A stretch of 64,000 nt of DNA from Candidatus Latescibacterota bacterium (GTDB lineage: Bacteria; Latescibacterota; UBA2968): positions 3,424,001 to 3,488,000 of the forward strand of contig OZ244960.1 in the NCBI GenBank assembly GCA_965222605.1. The letters run 5' to 3'. The translations under genes and the position numbers were made by a program. The notes beneath the pieces are model-generated. The model made no database searches, had not been told where the DNA came from, and saw only the letters and a program-made list of their open reading frames with translations. Positions 1 to 11,100 of this stretch are shown piece after piece (positions within the stretch are counted from its first letter, which is position 1; every line of letters begins with the position of its first letter).

Positions 1-675
1 GAGTTCGCCGTCACCCAGAACGCGGAAATCAAACGAACCATCCGCATGGCGTTGCGCATCGGTGATGTGGGTGTGGCCGGTGATGGGGACCAGATCCCTA
101 ACGCACGCTTCGATGGAATCCCCGGCCAGGTAAAAGTGAACAATATCAAAATGGAGGCGCAGGTGGGGGCTATCCACTTTTTGAATGACCTCCAGCGCCC
201 GCACCGACCGGTCCACGGCCGCGCCGCAGTGAGCCTCCCCCGCAATGACAATCCGTTCCTTCTCGCCCAACTCTGCGTAATCCCGGAGTCGGGCGACGAT
301 TCCATTTTTGTCCCTGTCCCAGGCTTCCGTCTTCCCGCCAATGCCAATGGAAATGACGACGGGTTCGCGGTATCCGAAGTCCCGCGCCAGCTGCACGGTC
401 TCCCGGGTTGTCTCCAGATTTCGAGCGTGGAGATCCGCATCGGGCTCCCATGCCCTGGGGCCCACCAGCATCAATGCTGGCACACCGAGTTGTTGTGCTT
501 CGAGAATTTTCCGAACGTTGCTTCGTCTGGTAGAATCGCAATCGGCGGGAAGTGCATTCTTGTGCTTATCTCCAATGTAGATCTCAACACCGTCATACCC
601 AATGGACCGAAGCAGCGGAATGGACTCCTCCAGGGGCATATCGGGCATGGCGTAGGTGCCGTAGGCAATTTTCAT
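1..675 (-). CDS. Sugar phosphate isomerase/epimerase (xylose-isomerase-like TIM barrel), runs off window end
   Basis: Not in the ORF track because it has no stop in the window. Manual translation from ATG 675: MKIAYGTYAMPDMPLEESIPLLRSIGYDGVEI...GEAH...LHFDIVHF...HTHITD, with typical metal ligands. Overlaps the stop of the upstream gene. Confidence 0.85.
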   Translation of the reverse strand, partial: MKIAYGTYAMPDMPLEESIPLLRSIGYDGVEIYIGDKHKNALPADCDSTRRSNVRKILEAQQLGVPALMLVGPRAWEPDADLHARNLETTRETVQLARDFGYREPVVISIGIGGKTEAWDRDKNGIVARLRDYAELGEKERIVIAGEAHCGAAVDRSVRALEVIQKVDSPHLRLHFDIVHFYLAGDSIEACVRDLVPITGHTHITDAQRHADGSFDFRVLGDGEL

Positions 676-1772
676 GGCGTTCCTTCAATTAAAGGCACCT
701 TCTCCACATTCCCGCTCGCCATAGAAGCTTCGATGGCATGGAGCAGTGCTGTGGTGCGGGCCGCATCTGTAAAATCCGATCGGATCGCAGAGGTCAACGA
801 CGGGTTGCGGATGGCGTTCAAAAATACTTCTATTTCCTCAAAATGTGGGGGGTCGGGTGGATCTTGCGGTTGTCGATTGGGATGGATTTCGCCGCTTCGC
901 CCCATGGCTGGTCCCTGCGGAAATTGTTCGGAAATATTTCTAACTATTTCATCCGGCGCTCCAACCGAGCCTTCAATTCTGGGTGGGATGGTAGAAAGCG
1001 AAAGCCGAATATCCCTGCCGAAGAAGGTGAGGTCGTTCCGCCTTTGTGCGCAGGCCCAGGATAGGAGAACACAGCCGATTGCCCCGGAGGAAAATTGAAG
1101 GTTGATCGACATACTGTCTTCGATTGTGAAGCTGTCGCTGATCGGAATCGTCAGGTTGCTGCCAAAAGCGTGTACTGCGTCAATATCACCGGCAATATAG
1201 CGGATTACATCGAGGGTGTGGATGGTATTGTCGAATAGCGATCCGCCTTTTTCTTTGAGGTAAAACCAGTCGGCTCCGAGATTGCGGGTCAGCCCCGGAT
1301 TGGTGATCACCGCGGCATCCACCAGATTGATCTGCCTGCCTTCCAATAGCTCCAGGCACCGATCTACAGAGGGCGCGTAGCGCTGGTTAAAGCCGACACT
1401 GTGAATTAGATTGGTGTTCTGCAGGAGCGCGACGATTTCACGCGCTTCTTGCAGGGATTGGGCGGGGGGTTTTTCACAGAGGAAGGGCACGTTGTATTGC
1501 ACGGCGGCCTGTATGACCGGCTTGCGAAGAACGGGAGGCGTGCAGATGAGTATAGCGCCCAGGTCCTCGACTTCCTCAAAGATTTTTTCCCAATCCGCGT
1601 ATGCCTGCGCCCCGTAAGCAGCGGCCTGGGAGCGCGCCAGGTTTTCGTTCAGGTCGCATATTGCGGCGATGCGATTGCCACCGAGAAATACGAGGTTTTT
1701 CAGGTGTCGCGTGGCGATGTTTCCCGCGCCTATTACAGCTATGTTGATGGGTCTATTTGTCTCTCGTTCCAT
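672..1772 (-). CDS. Gfo/Idh/MocA family oxidoreductase
   Basis: IAVIGAGNIA Rossmann motif, LCEKP, VGFNQRY, GGSLFDNTIHTLD. Confidence 0.92.
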   Translation of the reverse strand: MERETNRPINIAVIGAGNIATRHLKNLVFLGGNRIAAICDLNENLARSQAAAYGAQAYADWEKIFEEVEDLGAILICTPPVLRKPVIQAAVQYNVPFLCEKPPAQSLQEAREIVALLQNTNLIHSVGFNQRYAPSVDRCLELLEGRQINLVDAAVITNPGLTRNLGADWFYLKEKGGSLFDNTIHTLDVIRYIAGDIDAVHAFGSNLTIPISDSFTIEDSMSINLQFSSGAIGCVLLSWACAQRRNDLTFFGRDIRLSLSTIPPRIEGSVGAPDEIVRNISEQFPQGPAMGRSGEIHPNRQPQDPPDPPHFEEIEVFLNAIRNPSLTSAIRSDFTDAARTTALLHAIEASMASGNVEKVPLIEGTP

Positions 1773-1782
1773 AGTTCTACCT

Positions 1783-2562
1783 TTATATTAGCGCGGCCTC
1801 CCGCACGCCTTCAAATTCTCGCCAGATATCTGTTAGCACTTCTGTCCCATTTTTTTGGATATCCACATGGTTTAGACGGAAGATCACTGCATACCGGATA
1901 TGCGGCGACAGATTGGGGCCAGCAGCGTGAACCATCTGGTGATGCACCAGTACCGCATCTCCCGCCTTTCCAGTGATCTGCACCGGTCCGTGGGGCAATT
2001 CTTCTCTCAGTCTGGGAAGGTCCTCGAATAATTGGCCGTGCCCATTTGTTTGAAAATACGATTCCAAATAACGGTGAGACCCCGGCCATACCGTAAAATT
2101 GCCCATATACGGCTCGGGCAAGTCGGACAGCATTACCACGCAAATAGCGGTAAAGTTTCGCCAGAATTCTCCCTCGGGCACTTTGGTCTTTTTTCCACCC
2201 ATCCCGTCGATGTGTCCCGATAGAGTCACAGATGCCCGGTCCTCCATCTTTGGGAATGGCAACGCGATCTGTCCGCTACTAACAGGTCGGAGTTTTCTTT
2301 TTCCCATCAGGGATTCGGCGATCTCGAAGATCGGCGTTTTATTCACCAGCCCGGCGAAAAACGGATCCGGATGGTTTTTATAACTGTAATACCCATTGTA
2401 CAGCGTAAGCGGATAGTCTCCCCCTGGAATCATCCCTTCGCTGCCCAGCAGGTGGTTGATTTTTTTTATTGCTTGCGCCACCCTGTGTTCTGGAATCACG
2501 CCTTCCAACTTGAGATAGCCCTGTTCTTTGAAAAGTGCCTTCTTCTCGGCGGTCATTTCCAT
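1783..2562 (-). CDS. Phytanoyl-CoA dioxygenase (PhyH) family Fe/2OG enzyme
   Basis: FKEQGYL start, HID (HxD), VWPGSH, AGDAVLVHHQMVH, distal R. Confidence 0.88.
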   Translation of the reverse strand: MEMTAEKKALFKEQGYLKLEGVIPEHRVAQAIKKINHLLGSEGMIPGGDYPLTLYNGYYSYKNHPDPFFAGLVNKTPIFEIAESLMGKRKLRPVSSGQIALPFPKMEDRASVTLSGHIDGMGGKKTKVPEGEFWRNFTAICVVMLSDLPEPYMGNFTVWPGSHRYLESYFQTNGHGQLFEDLPRLREELPHGPVQITGKAGDAVLVHHQMVHAAGPNLSPHIRYAVIFRLNHVDIQKNGTEVLTDIWREFEGVREAALI

Positions 2563-2577
2563 GTTATAGTCTCCTTG

Positions 2578-4428
2578 TTATGGACATCCCGCGTGAAAAT
2601 TTCCAATGGCTTCCGATGTGCGCAAGTATCGGTTATAAATCCGCAGGGCTTGAAGTCCAGGACCGATTTGAAGCGTTTCAGCTCCGTTGGCGTGTCTCAG
2701 ATTCGGGCTGAACCGCCCCCAGCCAAACTGGCGATTTTCACCCCCATCGCAGAGTTTGCCATCTACCACAAATGTGATGATCCTGGGGCCGCCATCTACA
2801 ATCGCCGCAATGTGGTGCTGTTCGCCTGTGCACAGTAAACCGGAATCGCAGTCCCAACGGTTTTCGGTTCGCCCGTCGTTCAATACAATCTCGACTGTGC
2901 CTCGCTCTGTGGTCTGCACGCACATCCCCTGTCCGTTCTCCAGCCGACTGTCCAGCAGTACCTGTCCAGCATGCAGTGATGGTAGTCTTAGCCACAGATC
3001 AATGGTAAATCCCTGTCTCAGGTCTCGCGTTGCATAAGGACTGGCGCTGTCTCGCTCGTTGAATGCTGGCAGTTCCGGCATTTTTGCCTCGCCCGGCTCT
3101 GGCAGGGGCAGGTTCAGTACGAGGCTTTCGGTGGCTATTTCCCTATTTTCAGCCTGTTCCCACAAGCCTTTTAGGAGTGTGGTGTTCAACTCGTGTACGC
3201 GGGCAATATCCTTCTGGGTTTCCGTAAGATAATACTTACCGCTGTCTTCCGCCAGGTCTGGATAACTCATGCGGATGTACGGGTCGTCGTCATAAAGCGC
3301 GATCTCTGGCTGTGACCACTGGATTATACGGCCTTCTGGCGCGTCTGCTTCGATCCCGCCGCACAACCACACCGGGTTGCGGTCCTGATAAGATATTGAG
3401 CGCCGGTCCGGGTGTTCTCCGATAAACCGCCCTCCGTGGTTGTGAAACCAGTAGAGAAATTTTCCGTTCTCGCATTGCCACGCGAAATTAGCTGCCCTCG
3501 GATGTTTCATGTGTCGTCCGTCCGCAAAGCACTGATATACCGGCTCTGTCCATGTATGCCCGTTGTCCCGGCTGTACGCGCATACCGGGTATCCATCAAT
3601 CGAACGGTACACGCTGTAAAACGATCCGTCGCTCAAGCGGCTGTAGCTGTGTTCTTCGGAAACTGGACCGCCCCCCGGTGGCGTGCGTAGCCCTGCATCG
3701 CCATCCGGAAGCGTCTCCCAGGCAATTTTCTGCGGGTCCTGTTCCGTCAGGATATTCTCGCTTTTTAGAAGCACGCCCTCCGAACGGGTGAAAAATCCCA
3801 CCCCGAATCCTCCCACTTTGTGCAGCGATACGTACGCGGCTCGATCATCGGCAATTGCTTTGCCGACATTCCAGAAATACCGCAGCTTGCCCCCGTCCGC
3901 ATTCTCCCGGTCAATCGCCATTTCTCTCACCGCAATCGGGTAGTGCTGTGTCGACCACGTCCGCCCGTGATCGTCGCTGTATTTGAACACAAAATGTCCC
4001 AGTGAATCTACCCGGGTACAATACCCATCTTTATAAGGTGGATTGTCTCCTTTTACTTTTCGGACATTGTCCGTGTTGTGATTGTAAAATACGTAAATCC
4101 GTCCGTATGGGACCTTTAGCACCACTGCATACGATGCTTCAGGTCCGTGTGCAGGCTCCACATCGACCAGATCTGCCCAGGTCTGTCCTTTGTCGGTACT
4201 GCGCGTTGCCACTACATGCTGCCCTTGCGCGCCTTCTCGACCCGTTCCCGTTGTCATAATGCACAACCAGGCCCCGTCGTCCGTTTTTACGACATAGGGC
4301 TGATCGCAATATCCTTTGCTGGGAATTTCCCAGCCGTTTGCAATGTGACGCCAATCCGGAATCTCAGAGATGGTTTCCTCGGTCAGGCTCTGATCTGCAA
4401 GTGCTGCTGCGTTCTGATTTTTAGCCAT
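2578..4428 (-). CDS. BNR/Asp-box (sialidase-like) protein with C-terminal LamG-like domain
   Basis: Asp-boxes STDKGQTW, SDDHGRTW, SRDNGHTW; C-terminal GFTIDLW...HHIAAIVDG...LRIYNRYL. Confidence 0.8.
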   Translation of the reverse strand: MAKNQNAAALADQSLTEETISEIPDWRHIANGWEIPSKGYCDQPYVVKTDDGAWLCIMTTGTGREGAQGQHVVATRSTDKGQTWADLVDVEPAHGPEASYAVVLKVPYGRIYVFYNHNTDNVRKVKGDNPPYKDGYCTRVDSLGHFVFKYSDDHGRTWSTQHYPIAVREMAIDRENADGGKLRYFWNVGKAIADDRAAYVSLHKVGGFGVGFFTRSEGVLLKSENILTEQDPQKIAWETLPDGDAGLRTPPGGGPVSEEHSYSRLSDGSFYSVYRSIDGYPVCAYSRDNGHTWTEPVYQCFADGRHMKHPRAANFAWQCENGKFLYWFHNHGGRFIGEHPDRRSISYQDRNPVWLCGGIEADAPEGRIIQWSQPEIALYDDDPYIRMSYPDLAEDSGKYYLTETQKDIARVHELNTTLLKGLWEQAENREIATESLVLNLPLPEPGEAKMPELPAFNERDSASPYATRDLRQGFTIDLWLRLPSLHAGQVLLDSRLENGQGMCVQTTERGTVEIVLNDGRTENRWDCDSGLLCTGEQHHIAAIVDGGPRIITFVVDGKLCDGGENRQFGWGRFSPNLRHANGAETLQIGPGLQALRIYNRYLRTSEAIGNFHAGCP

Positions 4429-4433
4429 ATCCT

Positions 4434-5798
4434 CTATTGACTCTCTTTCCAGTTCGGGTTGTACAGTTCTCCCGGCATTGTCGAGTGTATCAACTCATAC
4501 ACGCCGTAGCGTCGCCGGTCTTGAAATACGAAGAGATACCGCTTTGACCGATCGTAAGTCCATTTTTCTATTGCGCCTGCAAAATTCTCAGATGATTGTT
4601 CGAAATCCCGATCGTCGGGTGGGCCGTATTTGATGTACACGCGGCCCTTGTCCGTATCTGACCCTCGTTTATGAGCTTCTGACCCAAAGTGTTCATCGGC
4701 AAACTGTACCCGTGTCATGTGTTCTCGCAATCGTTCGTTCAACGGCGTGCCGGGCGTTGGATCCATCTTACGCCAGAATGCCTTTAAGAAGTCCATGCGT
4801 TCCGCCTCGGTGGTCAGTGCTGCATAGCTGGTGAGATCCTTGTTTGATGCTATATACCGGATATCCTTAAAATATCGGAGCTGATCCTGTGTCTCTTCAC
4901 TCAACTCATCGGATAATAGAAAGATCGCCCTGCGTTGTCGCACATGCTCTCGAGTGCTCCGGTCAAATGCCTCTACTTGAAAAAAATAGACGCCCGCATT
5001 TAGTCCATCCGTCTCGATTGTCTCCGTCTTGGCAAAACTTTCTCCCGGTACCCGAATCCGTCGAGAGGGAAATTTTTTTATCTGCATTCCGGACGAATCC
5101 GTAAAGCTGTATCCCAAAATCAGCGGCTCTGTGGGCCGGTCCTTTTGGCGCTTCAAGTTGTAAATTTCAAAATAAACGCGCACAGGTTCGCCCACCCGGT
5201 ACAGGTGGCTGGGATTGGGCACCATTTTCCACCCGTTTTTCACAAATTTTCCAGCCTCCTTTTCCGGCGTGATTTTTGTAGCAAATAACAAATCGCTGAT
5301 CAACAGGTTCTTTCGATCAAAATTCCGCACCTGGATCCACGCCTCAAAAATTCCCGTTTTTCCGCTGTAAATATCCTCGGCGGACAGCTTGAGCTGATAC
5401 GTTTTTGACGGCAGGTCCAGTCCCACCATCTCTCGAACCACGGCACCTGCTTGTCGGGGCGCGTTCATATTTGGAACCGAAATATTCTGCGTCCAGGTCT
5501 CGACCTTTGCCTCTTGTCCAGCCGAGTCCGATAGGGTCACTGCATACTTCAACTGAGCCACAAATGCGTCTTCCTGGGGTACAAATTGGAGCGACTGGGC
5601 ATCTACTACTGTGCAGATATCTACCCGTGTAAATCCCTTTGGACCTCGAAACCCCGTTGTTTCCACAGCAATCTGCAACACCTCCTGGTCCTTCAACGGC
5701 AGGTCTCGAATATCCTCTGCCCAAATGGGCGAGATACCCGGCAGATGGATGAGTATGGTCGCGACGATTGTAAACCAGACCAGATAACAGAGTTTCAT
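4434..5798 (-). CDS. GWxTD domain-containing protein
   Basis: Signal peptide; FWRKMDPTPGTPLNE...RVQFADEHF...GSDTDKGRVYIKYGPPD...WTY. Confidence 0.88.
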   Translation of the reverse strand: MKLCYLVWFTIVATILIHLPGISPIWAEDIRDLPLKDQEVLQIAVETTGFRGPKGFTRVDICTVVDAQSLQFVPQEDAFVAQLKYAVTLSDSAGQEAKVETWTQNISVPNMNAPRQAGAVVREMVGLDLPSKTYQLKLSAEDIYSGKTGIFEAWIQVRNFDRKNLLISDLLFATKITPEKEAGKFVKNGWKMVPNPSHLYRVGEPVRVYFEIYNLKRQKDRPTEPLILGYSFTDSSGMQIKKFPSRRIRVPGESFAKTETIETDGLNAGVYFFQVEAFDRSTREHVRQRRAIFLLSDELSEETQDQLRYFKDIRYIASNKDLTSYAALTTEAERMDFLKAFWRKMDPTPGTPLNERLREHMTRVQFADEHFGSEAHKRGSDTDKGRVYIKYGPPDDRDFEQSSENFAGAIEKWTYDRSKRYLFVFQDRRRYGVYELIHSTMPGELYNPNWKESQ

Positions 5799-5834
5799 GG
5801 CTTACCTCCAGCGCTGAGCAGATACGGGTCGAAA

Positions 5835-7817
5835 TCACCAACTATGAATCAAGTGCCCCTGGTCCGGGAACCAGATAAAATCGATCAGTGCCCCCACAGA
5901 TAGGGAAAAAACAAATCCCACAATTAGACCATAGCAGGCCGGTTTGAGTCGTCGGTAAAGCTGAATTCCCCCGAATCGCAAAACGATAAACTTGACCAGC
6001 CACACGAGGAAGATATTCAGCATGTACACGCGGATCGGATACAGCGTAAATAGCATCAGTCCCAGGGGATGGGCCGGCCACCAGGGCAGTCGCGCCTGTA
6101 AAAGTCCAAATAGTACGGCTACCGCACCCCCTAAAATCCAGGTCGTCGCTTTGGCCAGGTCAAATACTGGACGCTGCGTATTGGCCACCTCGCCGGCAAT
6201 GCGGTTGAGGGTGCTTCGGGGCGCCCGCCGCATCAACCATTCGTCCATGTGAATTCCGCCGAACTGATAACATAGCCAGACTGCGTATATAATGGTGATC
6301 AGCATGCCCAGGATCACCCCGCCCCAGATCAATCCCGATGTGTTCCGGACACCTTCTCGGAGCCTGGCTACGTGGGGGATGGCCTGTGGCACTCGCCAGC
6401 CGGCCAGCAGATGGTTGTTCACCAGGCCCTGCCCCACCAGTGATGATTCCGAAAATCCCCGCGTGCCCAGCAGGTTCAGGCTGTTCGCGGGAAAGGGGGG
6501 ATAAATATAGGGGAATCCACTGGCTGCCAGAAACTTCATCGCCGCAAATAGTCCCATCGCAAATAGCCCCACCCACAGAAGTGCCAGATGCGGTTCGTAG
6601 CCTGCGTGCATTACCCAGAAGAACAAATACAAAAGGCTCCCTATCAGGATAGCCAATGCCATCCGGGGCGATAGTATTGCTGTTTCGGCCTCTTCCCCCG
6701 GTACCGATGCCCGCGCCTGCTGGAATACGCGCTTCAAGTGTCCTCGGGCTACCCACACGGCCCATACCACCAGTCCCACCATCGCTCCGCTGGTAAAAAT
6801 ATTCAGAATTTCTGCGCCATCGGCCGTTTGCCCGGCCAGCCCAATGGAAAATCCCGTGCGGTTCATCCCATATAGCGCCGTCATTGCTATTGCATAGACC
6901 GACCATATCCCGAAGAGGATGTCTAAGTTGCACAAAAACGTAAATCCCATCAAGTTGGGCAGCAGGCGAACCTGAAGCGTATTGGGCGGCAAATGCCGCG
7001 ATATGTCGATCAATCTCCGCTGGTGAATTACCCACAGTTCGTTGCGGGGAAAATCCGGCACAAACCACGATACCATATCCCACAGTTCCGGCAGGGCCGC
7101 AATAAAAAATCCCACCCAGAATGCCCATGTACGCATAAAAGGCGGCCACCCCCGGCACCGGTCAAACCCGGCGGTCAGTTCCAGCGCTACCTCTGATAGG
7201 GGAAAAGCCAGTCGCTCGTGTCGCGCCCACTGTTTTTGAAAAATCGCCGTCAGTCCCAGTCCGATGCCGGTAATCGCCAGTGCGGCCGATATAGCCCAGA
7301 AAGATGGTGCCACCCACGCGGCCCACGGCACGGCTTCGCCGTATTCCAGTCCTTCGTAAAATCCCCGCAGGACTCCGGGCGAGTCCGCCAAAAACATCCA
7401 CCAGGGCAGATCGTCAAAGATCAACTCCTGCCACCGGTTCTCTGCCGATGCGAAATACCGCGCCGCCCCTACTCGTCCAGCCCAGGCCGTGGCCCAGTTT
7501 GTGCCCGGAAACACGCCGCCTACCCACAGGGTGCAAAATAACAAGCGAAGCTCTGCCGAAGACAGCGATACCCCCGGCGAAAGCCGTTTGAGCAGGCTGT
7601 TGCCCAGCAGATAGAAGACAAATGGAAATAGTACGGCCATTGGCAATGTCGCCATTCCCATTCGCACTGTGCGAGGCTTCATCTCCACATACGTCGCCAT
7701 TACGCATGCGAGAATTAGTGTGATACCTGCCACCAGCCAGACTTGCTTGCGCACGCCCAGAGATTCAGAAGGCGCGGTGGCGGCATTGCGTCTCAGCGTT
7801 TCAGAAGGTTGAGCCAT
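5835..7817 (-). CDS. DUF6785/DUF6784-type polytopic membrane protein (putative transporter)
   Basis: Many TM segments, QWARHERLAFPL, WWPAHPLG and C-terminal LYRRLKP..GLIVG motifs; homologous to 55703-57682; start taken at MAQPS. Confidence 0.8.
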   Translation of the reverse strand: MAQPSETLRRNAATAPSESLGVRKQVWLVAGITLILACVMATYVEMKPRTVRMGMATLPMAVLFPFVFYLLGNSLLKRLSPGVSLSSAELRLLFCTLWVGGVFPGTNWATAWAGRVGAARYFASAENRWQELIFDDLPWWMFLADSPGVLRGFYEGLEYGEAVPWAAWVAPSFWAISAALAITGIGLGLTAIFQKQWARHERLAFPLSEVALELTAGFDRCRGWPPFMRTWAFWVGFFIAALPELWDMVSWFVPDFPRNELWVIHQRRLIDISRHLPPNTLQVRLLPNLMGFTFLCNLDILFGIWSVYAIAMTALYGMNRTGFSIGLAGQTADGAEILNIFTSGAMVGLVVWAVWVARGHLKRVFQQARASVPGEEAETAILSPRMALAILIGSLLYLFFWVMHAGYEPHLALLWVGLFAMGLFAAMKFLAASGFPYIYPPFPANSLNLLGTRGFSESSLVGQGLVNNHLLAGWRVPQAIPHVARLREGVRNTSGLIWGGVILGMLITIIYAVWLCYQFGGIHMDEWLMRRAPRSTLNRIAGEVANTQRPVFDLAKATTWILGGAVAVLFGLLQARLPWWPAHPLGLMLFTLYPIRVYMLNIFLVWLVKFIVLRFGGIQLYRRLKPACYGLIVGFVFSLSVGALIDFIWFPDQGHLIHSW

Positions 7818-7982
7818 GTCGTAAAAAAAGAAGCGTATCCCCTGCGATAGCGCATACCAGGTATGGCTCAGGATACGCTCTGGCTGTGATTTATACAAAG
7901 GAAAATCCAGAGGACCAGCGCCAATATCTGGAAATTTTATTGCAATCGCAACTATTTATTATCTAATCTATTAATAAAACTC

Positions 7983-8011
7983 TTGCATAGTGTAATAATG
8001 TGAAATATATT
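7983..8011 (+). promoter_or_regulatory. Candidate sigma70-type promoter of the TBDR operon
   Basis: TTGCAT-17 bp-TATATT in the AT-rich divergent intergenic region. Confidence 0.4.
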
Positions 8012-8125
8012 ATTGGCATGCTATCATTATTTTATTAGTTATATATGCTCTTTTTCAAGTATTAAAGGAAATATAATGTATCCGCGATATATTATTTATT
8101 TTTCATTTTTTCAGGAGGAAATCTT

Positions 8126-11100
8126 ATGAAAAAGATTGCAATAGTGTTTCTCGTTATTCTGTGTTCGGCATCGATGGTATATGCCGGCACAACCGGTAAA
8201 CTTACCGGGACCGTCAAAGATGCAGCCGGACAAGTTTTGCCCGGTGCAAATGTCGTCGTACAGGTAGAGGGCATTCTGGTGGGTGCTTCTACCGATGCGA
8301 AAGGACAGTTCTTCATTCTGGCCGTTCCGCCGGGCCTGCATACTGTCAAGGCATCGATGGTCGGATACCAGGATGTCACGCAGACCGAGGTTCGCGTGAA
8401 AATTGACCAGACATCGACGCTGTACTTTAGCCTCCGCGAAGAGGTCCTCGCTGCAGAAGAATTGGTTGTTGTGGCCGAACGGCCACCCGTCGAAGTCGAT
8501 TTGACCGGTAGCAAAGCCGTCATGTCATCTATCGAACTCGATCGGAGCTTTGTCGCCAGTATCAAGGAGGCTGTAGATACGCAGCAGGGCGTCAACTACA
8601 ACGGCGGCATCCGCGGTGGGTTCGGGCTGGATGTTTCATATTATGTAGATGGTATGGAGTTGCGCGATGGAGCGTCCAACTCCAACTGGACGGGTATCAA
8701 CACTTCCACGGTGCAGGAACTGGAGGTCCTGTCGGGCGGGTACAATGCCGAATACGGCCGCGCCAATGGCGCTGTGATCAATATGGTGACCAAATCATCG
8801 AGGACCAGGGTACACAGTACGCTCGATTACAAAATGCGCCCCGCTGGCATCTATCACTGGGGCGGGCACATTTACGGCCCTGAGCGCTACGAGAACCGCG
8901 TGATGAGCAACCCGGACTGGTGGAATAATCACCCACCACCCGGCTGGTTTGGGACGGGCCACGTCACTGCGGCAGACGAGTATAAGAAGGGACTTCGCGA
9001 TAACCGCGATGGCGTGAATACGACCCTGGCGCAGCACTGGATCATGAACTACCTGACTTTGCCTTGGATACAGGACTTAAAAGAGTACGACAAACGCACG
9101 CAGCACGGATATGAAGGCACGCTCTACGGTCCCCTGACCAAAAGGGCTTCTTTTATGGCGTCAGGCAGGTACCACAAGGGCGTTCCCAAGTATCCTTCCG
9201 CATTGAATTACAACCCGGAATGGAACTTACAGGGATCCCTGACTTTTGATGTCACTCAAAATTCGAGGGTCAAACTTCAGGGGATGCACGGCGGGTTTAA
9301 CAATACGGATCAGTTCCGCACGCTGTACGGTTCCAGCGAGGACAACGGCCTGTGGCAGAACCGCAGCGGTGCGCATATTGCGTATCCCTCCAATAGCTGG
9401 AAATTTTTTCCCTTTGTGGCTCAGGGCACCCCGAGTCCGACCCCCCGATCGCCCGAATACGTGCGGATGTGGAGCGGACAGGCAAAGCTGATCCATATTT
9501 TTGACCCCAGAACATTTCTGGATGTCAATTTGAGCTACTTCTGGTATTTCCGCGAAGCCAATTACAGGCGGGACAATTTGTGGAAGACCAGCCACGCCGC
9601 CTATTCGAAGGGCTTTGATTGGAACGAAGTGCTGGTGGAGGAGGAAAACAAGCGCCTGACCAGGGGTACGCCATTTCGCGGTGTCGGCAGAATCTCTGGG
9701 GTTCCCGGTTGGGGCCTCAACTACCCGGGCGACCACGCCCAGGATTACGCCAAGGCCTATAACTATACCATCAAGGCCGACTTTACCAAGCAGGTCGATG
9801 AAGTGCATCAGCTGAAGGCCGGGCTATACGGATCTTACCAGTTTTTCGACCGGTACTTCCACTTCGGGTACATCAGCACAGCCTGGGTCACAGATCCGAT
9901 CGCCCGGGATACCAATCCCTACGAGGGTGCGATCTACATTCAAGATAAGATCGAGACCCGGGGCATGATCGTAAATGCCGGGCTGCGGGTGGATATGTAC
10001 AATGTCAACGCCTATGTCGGTGATGATGTCTTCGACCCGCTGCGGATCGATGAGGATACGCCGGGCAATGTCAAACAGAGCGAGATATCCATCGGCGATC
10101 CCTATGGGTATAAGAATATTTCCAGTACTGACGAGTTTGCAGTACACACCCCCACGCAGTGGGCGATTTCGCCCAGAATCGGCATTTCCCATCCCATTAC
10201 AGATAAGACCGTGCTGCACTTTATGTACGGACATTTCAATCAGCGGCCTTCGTGGCAGAAGATGACCAACACGCCCTTTATGCAATTGAGGCCCTATCCC
10301 GAGACGGACCCCATCCTCACACCGCTGCCGGCGGACTATGGGCAGAAGTACGGCTACTCGTACACGCACTGGGCCGGCGCCGGGAATCCTGGACTGGAGT
10401 TTGAAAAAATGATCCAGTATGAGGTCGGCTTTGATCAGAACATCGCCGAATTGCTCAATCTGGACGTGACTCTGTATTACAAGGATGGCAAGAACCTGAC
10501 GGCCGCCGGATTTAAGAACGATGAGAGTTTTCTCGCCTATTACGGAACATATACCGGTACGGGCCACCGCTTGTTCCCCGATTTTAACGGCCTGGGGTCC
10601 AGGGGACCGGGCAAGAGCGGGAGTCTGGTGGTTAACGGCAATATGTTTTTCCAGGATGTGCGCGGGCTGGAAATAACGATGGATAGCCGCTTCCGACAGT
10701 ATGCCCACTTCAAGTTCCACTACAATCTGTCTTACTCGAATACCGGCATCTATGGACTGCGGAATGTCTATCGCGTCCAGCCGGATGGCCAGAAGGCGCG
10801 TCCGGACAGTCGTCACGGCGCGAACAACAGGGATAAGGGGGTATCTGGTAGAGACAACGCGTACTGGAACCCTCGGAACAGTGCCAAATTGACGGCTACG
10901 GTGTTTACACCGGCGAATTTCGGACCTGTGGTGGGCGGTTGGAGACCTCTGGGTGATTGGAACGCGAACCTGCATTCCACCTGGAATCAGGGCTTCAAAT
11001 ACACCTATCACTCGCCGGGCGATCCATCTACTGAGCCGTTGAACATGCGGTGGAAACCCATGTGGAATACCAACATGATGGTCTCGAAGGGATTTGACAA

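Noticed and set aside
46-1098. 350-aa plus-strand ORF and other long antisense ORFs (e.g. 9824-11203, 21688-22572, 59462-60316)
   Set aside because: Shadow ORFs opposite well-supported genes, with no recognisable motifs
7929-7944. TGGAAAT-N4-TTGC as a sigma54 promoter for the TBDR operon
   Set aside because: Poor -24 match in AT-rich DNA, and a sigma70-like site lies closer
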